From Camelus ferus (taxonomy: Eukaryota): DNA of 64,000 nucleotides. The translations under genes and the position numbers were made by a program. Position 1 is the first letter of the stretch. The number at the start of each line of letters is the position of its first letter. The notes under the pieces were generated by a model that had not been told where the DNA came from, made no database searches, and saw nothing but the letters and a program-made list of their open reading frames with translations. The stretch lies in the NCBI RefSeq assembly GCF_009834535.1, contig NC_045696.1:56236001-56300000 (forward strand), given 5' to 3'. Of the stretch, positions 40,101 to 51,050 are shown piece by piece.

Positions 40101-43100
40101 AACAGTTTTTTTTTAAAGGAAAGGTAACCATTGTACACTACTCAATTCTGCACAGAATATTGCTTAATGTTTAGATACTGAGTATTAATCATCTGAATAA
40201 TAATTTAAGTAAATAAAATTAAAACTGGTGGTATAATTATATCAGTAAAATAGTAAAAGGGAAATGGGGATGACAATAAATAATATCTACCATAATGAGA
40301 TGACAATAAATAATATCTAAAAATAATTTTAAGAAATAGACAAATAGCATACTAATTAAAATTATGACAAAACTCCTAGAGGAAATAGCTGTCATAGTTT
40401 AGGTTGCCTCTAAGAAACATGAGGCACAGAAGTTTAGCTTCCATAACAAGACTAAGTCATATGACTAGAATACATTATTAAATAAAAAAAAATTTTTTTA
40501 ATTTTTTAATATTAAGGAATGCTTGGTTTAGGAGCAGAATGAAACCGTGCGCTCTTAAAGAGGTAAAAGGCACAGGCTTCACTGACATTGACGCACTCTG
40601 CGCCTCTGATCTCTCAAGAGAACAGGTTTTCTCATCTAAGATGTTTGAAAAATGGAAAGTTAAGTGAGAATATCAATAACCTTTTGTCTTTTTCTTTTAC
40701 CATGAAATATTTCCAGCAAGGACACAAACAATATCTGCTGGACACTATAGATCGTTTCTCAATATACAAACAGTGGTGAATATTTTCAGTGTCCTGCTTA
40801 AGTGTTCATCAGTTATGACTATTACCATTTTACCTCTAATAGCCAAACAGAAGCACTCTCTCATTTTTGTACTTACTCCCCATCATATTCAAAAAAACAA
40901 GTTTAGTAATCTACTAGAATGAAAAACAATAGTAATTTTCTAGAATAATTGATAGAAACATTGTTTTAATTCTAACACTCTTATGCTAAAGCCAGTGTTA
41001 ATTTAGTTCTGTATATACAAAATATGATTCCAGAGCAGAAATACCCTGTAAAGATTCAGAATGTCTATGGATGATACTTAAGAAACTGGAATGCTGGCTG
41101 TCACCAGCAAAGGCAACTGGTAATTACAGAGCAGAAACAGGAAGGAGACATCATGAGTACTTTTTAAATTCTGTATCATGCAAGTAAATTCCAGTTTTTT
41201 AAAGCATAATATGTAAATAAGACAGTATGGAACTATTATACAGCATCCAATTAATAATACTATTGTGGTAGTTACTATATATCATGCAAATATAATATAC
41301 ATATAGCTATATATTATTATTGAAGCCCTACCAACTCAAAGCTTTCCCTTCTCTTCAGAGCTGGAGTAGCAATTTGACTTAGCTCAGTAACTTCAACACA
41401 AATTTTGAAGAAAATGGTTGATCAATTAAAAAGAATTAACCAATTTTATGAAATAAGGGGAAATAGAGGGAGTCACATTTTTAAAAGATAGATTAGCCTA
41501 TATTGGAAAGAAATCTGAAATACCTTTTCACTTGTATTAGCCAACTAAGCCCCTAAGAATTTCTTAGACCTCCAAAAGAGAAAAAAGTACTTTGCTTTGA
41601 TTGGCCTTTTTCCTCATATCAACAATTAAGGTACCTACCTTTTCAATTCTCATTACAGAGGCTATAAGTGTATTTGGTGAAGTTACTCTCTTACAGCTAA
41701 TTTAATTCATAAGAAAGCTTAAATAACTCCATGCAGTGCCTTCTAAGCATTCTACAAATAGAAGGTATAGGCATGTTAAAATCCAAAAAGCAACTCTATA
41801 TATATCACAGAAGAAAAAATAAGGCAACAAATCTTAAATCACGTAAAATGCTGTTGCTGAGTAACAAACAGAGATGAACAATGAAAGAAAGAGCTAGAAA
41901 TTATTCCCTGGGCTAGAATACTACACTTTAGTATCTTTATCCACATCACTGAGAACCAACAAGAGTTGGTCAACCAGACAGAGATGACCCAGTTTTCTTC
42001 CTCATCACTTCAGTGACAAAGAAATTAGACTGTTTGATGCAGTGAGAAGTTATTACAGAAACTCAGCTATCCAGAAAAGATTTTCCTGCCTTCTGTCCCT
42101 TCAAAAGAGAGTGAAGTTAGTATAATTGAACTTTCTCCAGATCAACATTTTGAACAATTATCAGAGTGATTTCCCGTGGAGCTGTGTGAGCCTATACTAA
42201 ATAATCCCAATATGCCTGTTTTCCTGAATTGTCTGTCTACTCTTTTTAGAAGCTGTAATGCTTAATATCAGTGTACATTCATTCTTTCTAATCTTCAGGG
42301 TGTTTTTAAAGGCAATTGAATGATTTAGAACTATGTGTTAAAAAATAAAGAACTCTAACTAAAAGCCAAAAAGTAACCTATGAGGTAAGTGTATGTACCA
42401 TTTGTCTGGGGATTTCAGCTACTCAGGAGCTTTTTGGTCTAATTCTTGATTATCAAATACCAATTAATTCCAAAAAGGTGATGTTCCCAATGCACACTGA
42501 TTCTTTAAAAAAGCAAAACAAAAAAACAGAAGGCTCACAGCTCCTGACATAACAGGTGTCCAATAGATACTTGATTGTGTACATAATTTTTTTAAAAACT
42601 TTCATTAAGTTTGCTGTCAAATATTAAAACAAAGAGCAGAACACTTAGAACACTTCACAACCTACAGGAAGAGATGGAGAGGAATAATAATCCTTAATAA
42701 TGGCTAATTTGGAGAATCACATTCTAATATTACCTAGAAATATAAATATACCAGATTTACTTACAAACAAGCAGTACTTTTCAAAAAAAAAAAAAAAAAC
42801 CACTGCTCCAACTGAACATTTAACCAAAAAATACCATATATTACTTATTTTTCTTTTAGTGATGGCATAAGCTGTAATAATTTTGTTTTCAATGTTAGTC
42901 TTAAGACGTTTTCCCTGAAATCTTAGAAGAATTGAGGATTTTTTTCCAATACACCTATATTTGCTAACACTCATGCCTGAAACTAATTTCAAAAGCAGAA
43001 CTAATCATGAAAGTCTTACACAGTTCACTGCTAAATTATCAATGAAAGACTATCCTAAAAACAAAAGGCATTTTAGCTTATCTCTGGAATCCAAGTGTTA

Positions 43101-43134
43101 AGTTAACAGCAATCCATTCTCTATAACATATATA

Positions 43135-43365
43135 ATAAAGAGCAAGAGCTCTAGAATCAGAATGCCTGGGTTTAAATTCTAGGAGAGCAACTTTCTATCA
43201 AGGTAATATTGGACAAGTTGCTTCACCTCTCTAAATCTCATTTACCTTTCTATAAAGTGGGGATAATAGTATTAGCTACTTTGTAAAGTTGTACTGATTA
43301 AAATGAGCTATTGCATGTAAAGAATTTGGCAGAGTGATTATTAGCACACAGTAAACATTCAATAG
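43135..43365 (+). mobile_element. MIR SINE, near full length
   Basis: CTCTAGAATCAGAATGCCTGGGTTTAAAT...TTGGACAAGTTGCTTCACCTCTCT...GCACACAGTAAACATTCAATA. Confidence 0.8.
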
Positions 43366-46189
43366 GCATATCACAAGTCAATCACATTATTCATAGCCAC
43401 TTTCTATTAAAGCAACTTATTTATTAGCCTCCTAAGCCAAGGAATTCAACATAATACAATTAATGGTAATGAAAAAATGGAGTATTAATGTTACTGCTAT
43501 GCACCAATGTTACTAATATTTTTGCCTTCCTACCCACCATTTCTCTGGCCTATATATTCTTTCAAATTATACCACCAACTAAAATACAAGTTGCTAGAAA
43601 AATAATGCCTCCGTCAGAAATGTTTACTTTTTATTACTAAATTGATTTAAAAGGACAATCAAGAAATTAACAACACCAAATTATGCTAATAAGGGAACAT
43701 GATAAGGGTTCATATTTATGCCACTGTTTGGCCATGGTACCCTGGAGACCAAAGGGAAACGTTGGTTTGGCAGAATTTGTTTCAAAAAAACCAAAACATC
43801 ATAGTCTAAATCTCATCAAACTAAAACGCTTCTAAGTAAACTACTCAATACAAAAATATAAGATTCAACCATTTACAGAATTTTAACTTGCATATCATTT
43901 GAAAATAGTCCTTTCTCCCCAAAACATAAGCAAAAGTAGGAAAGGAGACTGTAAACTAAGAATCCAAATCTACAAAGTTGTGTCTTTATATCTTGTACCA
44001 GACAAGTACATTACAGACTTGGGTATAAACTGAAATAATTTACTGAATGTCTATTATGTGCTGAATATTAACTCATTAAAGAAAAAAAACTGGACTAAAA
44101 ACTCAATAATAAATAGAATAGAATAAGTTCCCTTTATTTTATCAATTTAATCGTAGGAAGCTTTGGGGAAAACAGATTGCTCTTTTAACTCTACTGTCAG
44201 TTTTTCCTCGCTGTTCTTTTCATACAGGTCTTTCCATAAATACACATTTCTACATCACGCTCAACCAATTTCAAAGACAATTTATATAACCAAGGAAGAT
44301 TTGTACAACCCAAGAGAGAAGCAAAGATTGCAATCTCTACTTTAAAACCAATGAACCATGAAAATACTCCTATTCTTGAAATCATGCAAGATTCCCTCTC
44401 CACAAACCACCCCCCCAAAATAAGCTAGAAAATGACGTTAAACATTCCAACAAATTCATTTACTCCTGGTGATTATGGTCTCAATAGAACAATATCTGGG
44501 AGGGAAATCAGGTTGGTCCTGTTAGTATCAGCATATAGTCCCATCACACCCATGTGCTCTGCCCCTTCAATTCTCCATTGCAGGGTGGAGCATCATAAGA
44601 GACACCGCATTTCCACAGCCTGCCTAATACCATCCCTGTCCCAAATTCCCATGAGTCTTATTAAAAAGTATGGAACTGTGGCATCAGGGTTGGCACACAG
44701 CACATGTATGTTTCATAGCCTTCTCTAATCATAAATCACACACAAAAAAAGAGTTCGTCTGGTCTCAGAATCTTCTGCTTACACTTTCCCAGCCTTGCTG
44801 TTTCTCCAAAACACTATCTCACACCTGCAACCCAAGTACAAAACAAGGGGCAGATAGCACAGGGTACAAGTATGTACTGCTTTGCAATAGAACTATCCCA
44901 GTGAAATGAGAAGATGTCACCCTCATTTTCTAAATGCAATTCCCTATCAGTCAAAACTGATTTGTTAATCTCCTGGGTTCCCTTCAAGTTTTTTCCTAGA
45001 ACTTTTGCCTTACAGTCATTTCACAATTAGCATTCTAGAGGCACTGCAACAAGAAAGTATGCAATTCTTACATGAAGGTCTTAGTGTTTAAACAACTATG
45101 GAAAGGTCTATTGGGAAAGGAATGAAAATTTAATGAAAGGTTCCGGTTTTCAGTTTCACACATGAGCTCTCTTCTACATTAACATGGATAATCTAGAAAT
45201 CGGCTAAATTCTAATAACCTAATTTTTAACATGTCAAAAGCGATTGAGCTCCCTTGGGAATAGAACGCTAAGTTAGCACCTGCTCTTTGGTTTCAATCAC
45301 CATATAACTAAATACTGTACAGTAATATGCTGGTATTAATTATTCTCTCTTCACTAAAAAAAAAAAATTTGATCTAGAAAAGTTTTATATGAAGGAATAA
45401 TTTAAGTGATTTAACTTAGTTAGGTAACTAGCTAAATTTTCACTAATAGCTTACCAAAATAATTTATCACTAATATTGTAACCAAAATCACCACATATCT
45501 ATTTTGAGTAAACTACATATGATGCTACAGAAAGAACCATATGACTATTAAAATTTATTTAATTAACACTTAAATCTGGATATGGACAAAAAAGAAATGG
45601 TTTCACCATATTAAGTTAAAAAAATTCAAATATACTGATTTAAACTTGGCATAAATGCTTAACAAAAAAGGCAAGAAATGCTTGTTATAAAATAAACTTT
45701 TAATTTCTGCTAGTCTTCATATTACCATCATTTTAAAAGCAAGGTTTACCTAAGAATAGCCATTACTTATTTTAAAAAAAAAGTTTTAAGCATGTAACAA
45801 ACAATAAAGGCTGTATAAAATATCTAAAAATTTTATGTCACAGTTTAGTCTAAAAAATATTTTCATATTTTCAAATAAATTACCATGGGGCTATTACAAC
45901 TAGGTTTTAAGTGTGAGGCCTTCGAATCTACATAAAAAATTATTTTCTTTTTTAGGACTTCAAATGGAAAGCATATAAATAAAAACCCTTAGCTTACTAC
46001 TCCTGAAAATAAACCCACCATTTTTAGGTGTAGAAAAATTAGAAACAGTGCAATTAATAGACTAGAAAGTTAAATATCATTGCCAGTAACCAACCGCTGT
46101 CTACTGAATTTCAAGGAAACCTATGGTATATTAAATTTTCAAAAAGTGAACTCATCTACCTTCTCATCTCAGTATTTTCTCAACTTTCC

Positions 46190-47010
46190 CATTACAATCA
46201 ACAATATAACTTGGCGGTCAAGTCTTCCAGACCAATAACATCAGAATTTATTTTTAACTCCTGACTCCTTCCCAAATATTCCCCTTCGATCCAATCCAAA
46301 GTCCTGCCAGTTCTTCATTCACACTGTCTCTCAAATGTATTCTTTTCATCCCATTTTCACATTTTACTTTATATTCTCTAATTATTTACAACATACCCTG
46401 CTACTCCTTAAAAGGGCTCCAATGTTTCTACTCTAATCCATCAACTTGGCTGCCCAAATCACCTTCAAGTACCTTATTCAGTAACCTTTAGTAAATTCCA
46501 ATTTCTCCTGAATCTCAACCAAACTCTTACAAGGCCCCCTCTGCCCTCTATTAGTTAACGTTAACACATTTCTCAAACGGCATCTCTTATTTTTCTACTT
46601 AGGCCCCTTTAACTCAGATTTACCAACCTGCTTTATAAGCACAAAATTCATTGATCTGTCATACAAAAATCACCATGTCTGTGCCTCTGTCCATTCCTTC
46701 CATCTAGAATCCTTTATGCTTCTCTATCAACTCAAGTTACTGCCTCCTTTAACGCCTGTCTTAAAACACCCCTCTATAGGAAGTCTTCCCTCTCCAACCA
46801 ATCTACCTCACCCCTTTTTGTCCCTCTAAACACAGCATTTTATTTGTATTTATAATCTTGCAGTCATCAGGCTATTGTTTTCACATTCTGTCCTATAACC
46901 TGCCTCCACAACTAAGTGATAAGCTTTTCAGGCCAAGGGCTATAATTTCTTATGTATCTCTCTTTTCAACAGGGGTCCCTTAGAAAACTAGTGCTCTAAC
47001 AAATGCTAAT
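46190..47010 (+). mobile_element. L2 LINE fragment
   Basis: ATCCAATCCAAAGTCCTGCCAGTTCTTC, CCCCTCTATAGGAAGTCTTCCCT, GTGCTCTAACAAATGCT. Confidence 0.62.
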
Positions 47011-49160
47011 TATTTCCCTTTCTTTTTATTTCCCCCACCATGGGTTTACTATTCATTTAGTTTTTTATTGAAGCTTATTTTTTGATGAATTAACAATTTT
47101 TAACATTTTCCCTCAGTTTTAATTTCTATAGTAAATATCAAAAGAGACCACATCATTTCTTCTAAAATGTCCTTAAAGTCAATGTTGTCAAAAACACATT
47201 AGCACTGAACTCCAACTTTTTAAATGTTAAGTCAACCTATATGGTAACAAAAAATTCAACATTTTAACCTACACACTTTACAAGTTACTCCATCCTCAGT
47301 CAACATTCACACAATTGAGAATTAAGGGGTCATTTTCAAAGAGAATCCTGGAAACGAAAGGCCCCAAATTTATTATAAGCTGTTCTATTTTGCTCTCTGA
47401 AACAGATATAATAAATTAATTACCTAAAATTGATTTCAAGTGGTTTTTAAACCAAGATGAAAAACATACAAACACTCCAGTACCACAAGAGCCTCTTAAG
47501 CAGCTATTAAAAGATTTGCTTCATCATAGCTGAAAATTACCCCAGAATTTTTAACTATTCCTCTCAAATGACCCCATGAAGTGCTTAGAAAGCTTGACCA
47601 TTCCCTGAAAGATGCATCATCAGCTTCCCTCTTCACATACCCTGCATTCTGTACTAGCTAGTCACCAAAAAAATATTTAACTCTCAAAAATAATCTCCCA
47701 TTCAGCTATTACCTCAGACTACCCCGTTTCAGGCAAGTTTCAAAAGCCAGTATGAATTGAAATCCTGAGTTCAATTAATAGTGATCATTTTATGTTGCTT
47801 AAGGATGTGATCAATTTCACATAACTGCATATACTGTTTTTTAATCTCAGTTCTTCAATTCTCTCCTCCTTCTAAGCAACAAAATAGCTTTTCTTTACCC
47901 TCATGATTCTCCTTTCTCAAGGAATAAGGAAACAAAATAGATATTTGTCAAATTCTGTATGTTTAAATAAACTGTCATTAAATATCACATAAACATTCAT
48001 AAATATACACTGGAATGTTGAATACTTAATATATGAAACACTCAAGAACATAGATTTTTCTGCACAAATCTGGGAAGAGGGGACAGCCTAGCAACAACCC
48101 TGAACAGAGCCCAAATATCCGTATGATATTCAGGACCACGGCCTTCTGCAAAACCTATGATAGAAAAGTCTAAATCCTTATTATTCTAACTAACTCCATA
48201 GTCTTATCTAAATTCCACAAGAAACCAATTCAAGAGTATTTTAAACAGTTCCAAGAAGGGATTCCCGAACTCCAGATCATTTAACAAGCACTGAATGCAA
48301 TGGCACCCCAAAATTGAACTTAAATGATGAATCAATGACAATTAACATTCAACTTACTATTTGGCAACATGACAATACAAACCTCAATCAAAACTTGGAC
48401 CTACTTCCAAATTACCTTTCGATTAAACATTAACTCTATAGTGGTAGACTGGTAATGTCACATCAGGAAGGTTAAGAGATAACATATTAAACCACTTATT
48501 CAATTTAAAACAATGTCTGTTGAGATACTACTGCTACTGAGTATCTATCAGCCCCACCAGTCCCTTCTAAAGGGAGGAATCAATGCTGGCCTCCAAACCT
48601 GAGTTTGGTACTGAGTAAGTTCATGTCTGGAATAAGAATAAATATTCTGTATAGTCATATAAGCAAGAAAGAAATGTTAGGAGACAGTAACATTTAGTTC
48701 CCCTATTAACTATACAAAACTATAATAACCCCTGAGACCTGAGCTAACTAAACTATCCCTCATTCCAATAGCCACACACTCTGCAAAAGCACATCATGGT
48801 TATAAACCTTGTCCTCTTTATTCAAAAGGATGAGCAAGTAAACACTTCCATCACTATTTTAACATGGACATTCTCAACCACTTGATAAGGATGACTATCA
48901 ACAGCAAGAAAACTGTAAGAAATGTTTCAAAACAAACCGTCCAAATAAAAATCATTTTCTCAATTCAAGGTTAATGAGACCGGGGGAGGGGGTATGGGAG
49001 GAGAAAAGAGGAAGCTGCCTCATCCTTGACTGAAGACAGGTTTTTGCCCTTTTCCATTATCTCTGATTGTTTTATCAGGAGGTCTAATATTTTAAGATCA
49101 TGGTATTACAAAGTCTCTTATTTTCAGGGTGAGGAGGAGAAAGGGTGTAAAATAAAATCA

Positions 49161-49274
<114 letters not shown>

Positions 49275-49875
49275 TCACCTTCTTTTCCTTCCTCCCTCCT
49301 TTTCTTCCTTTTGTTTTATGTTGGGGTGTTAGGTTAGTGATAAACGCAGCATTAAGTTCTTCCACAGGAAAAAGAAAAAGATTTCGTCCTCTTGGCTTTT
49401 CAGTCCTTTTGTATAGCTATAAAAAAAGGCGAGCGATGTATTTCTCCTTGAAGACAGATCAGTACGGATATTTAACATATAGATGATTGGGGGCTGGGAA
49501 AAAATACAATTCTTTCCTCTCCCTTTCCTTGGAGGGGAGAAATGGGTGGGGAGGTCCTAAAAAATATATATCACGTGAAACGGGGGCAAATACTTGATTG
49601 AAAATAAGTACTTTGAATATTATATTTTCCCCGGGGATTTTTTTTCCGAGTCAATGAAGAAGGGAAGCGGCGGAAGGATCACGAGTCTCACGCTTGAAAA
49701 GAAGGGGGGATGGGAAGGAGGGAGGGAGAAGGAGGGGTGGCTCGGAGATGCGACGAGAAACGCTGCGGCTCCGGCAGCGGCGGGATCCGGCGGGCTGACG
49801 GTGAGGGCCCGGCGAGCTGGAAGGCGGCGGAGTCGCGAGTCAGTCAGAGGCGGGCGGTGGCGGCGGCTCCTTTCC

Positions 49876-49923
49876 TCATTGCGCCAGGAGCAGCTGCAGG
49901 CGGCGGCTGGATCCAGCGGCCAT
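49876..49923 (-). other. uORF with perfect Kozak context (MAAGSSRRLQLLLAQ*)
   Basis: GCCGCCATGG on minus strand, 15 codons then TGA; in frame with an upstream ATG at 49989. Translation not demonstrated. Confidence 0.6.
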
Positions 49924-50201
49924 GGCGGCGTCGGTGGCGGAGGCAGCTCCCTTCAGACCCCAGGCAGCGGCTCCTCGACTGCTCCCCATACGCCGGGGAC
50001 ATGGGAACCCGGCAACCGCTTCCGTCCCTCGGGGCCCCCTCCCCCGTCCACGGCACCAGCGCGGCCGCCCTCCCGCCCCTCGCCTCTGCTCGGTCCCGCT
50101 CAGGAAGTGTCCGCGCTTTGCCCCTAGCCCGGAGCCCTGTCAGTAGCTGCGGGGCCGGCTCCTCCTCGCTTCCTTCCTTCCTTCCTTTGTCACTCGGCCC
50201 G

Positions 50202-50204
50202 GGC

Positions 50205-50231
<27 letters not shown>
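50202..50231 (+). repeat. (GGC)10 trinucleotide repeat, read as (GCC)10 on the GSK3B strand
   Basis: Ten uninterrupted GGC units, followed by AGC ACC AGC. Confidence 0.95.
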
Positions 50232-50235
<4 letters not shown>

Positions 50236-50469
50236 CCAGCACAAACCCGCATTCGCCCGGGTCGGGGGCTGCTCTGTGTAAGGAGCGCCGTCTGCGCAGC
50301 CGCCTAGCTCTTCCCCACTCCCCCTCCCCCCTCCTACTCGTCCTCCGCCTCCTTCCTCCCCCACCCAGCCTTACACCGCCCAGCGCCCCGCCGCCCGCGT
50401 AACAGGCGTCTGGGAATCGCCGGCCGAGTGGAGCGCCCGCCCCCTTCGGCAGGGGAGCCGAAGCCCGAG

Positions 50470-51050
50470 CGGAGCCAATCACGGACGTCGTTTGTTTGCG
50501 GCTCTTCCCGGAAAAAACCGATCCACGTGAGGAGCCAATTAGAAAATGTCGCTGGAAATTCACGCCCAAGGGCGGAAAATGCCGAAGATAGCCGATAGAG
50601 AAGAAGGTGGGTTCGCCTTGTTCTGTGGCTGGCTGGAGGAGAAATTCGACAATGGCAACAGCGGCCAATCAGAACCGCCGGCCCTCACGATAAAGCTTGA
50701 AGAGTTAAGGGCAGTGAAGCCCGGAGTCGCTGGTTAAAGCGCACTGCTGGGCACCGCGGCCGCGTTGTAATTGGCCGAAACTCCGCTGGGAGTGCACCTC
50801 CCTCGGTGATTGGTGAAGGGATGGGGCTTCCGAGGACAGCCTGGCCAGTCAGAACGTCTCCTCCCTCGCCGAGGTGGGGAGAAGTGGAAAGCGAAGGGAC
50901 GGTATCTATAAAACGCCTTCTCATTGGCCTGAAGCTTTGGAGTTGGAGTGCGGGCGAAAGTGAAAAGGAGGGAGGCCGAAACCCGTAATGGTAGCCAATC
51001 GGCACTCACTGCCGTCCAATCGCAAGACCTAGCTGCAGTGTGATTGGCCT
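50470..51050. promoter_or_regulatory. Promoter core: CCAAT (NF-Y) cluster with E-box and TTCCCGGAA site
   Basis: CCAAT at 50475, 50535, 50665, 50995, 51016; ATTGG at 50770, 50809, 50923, 51043; CACGTG at 50524; TTCCCGGAA at 50505-50513. Confidence 0.8.

Noticed and set aside
49594..50402. Plus-strand ORFs of 177, 230 and 74 aa
   Set aside because: Low-complexity G/P/A/R/S translations antisense to the GSK3B leader; long stop-free frames are expected in a CpG island and no domain is recognisable.
49844..50668. 274-aa minus-strand ORF as a separate gene
   Set aside because: Non-ATG start inside a CCAAT box, spans the promoter, and the poly-Pro comes from the GCC repeat; only the part from ATG 50002 is kept as a uORF.
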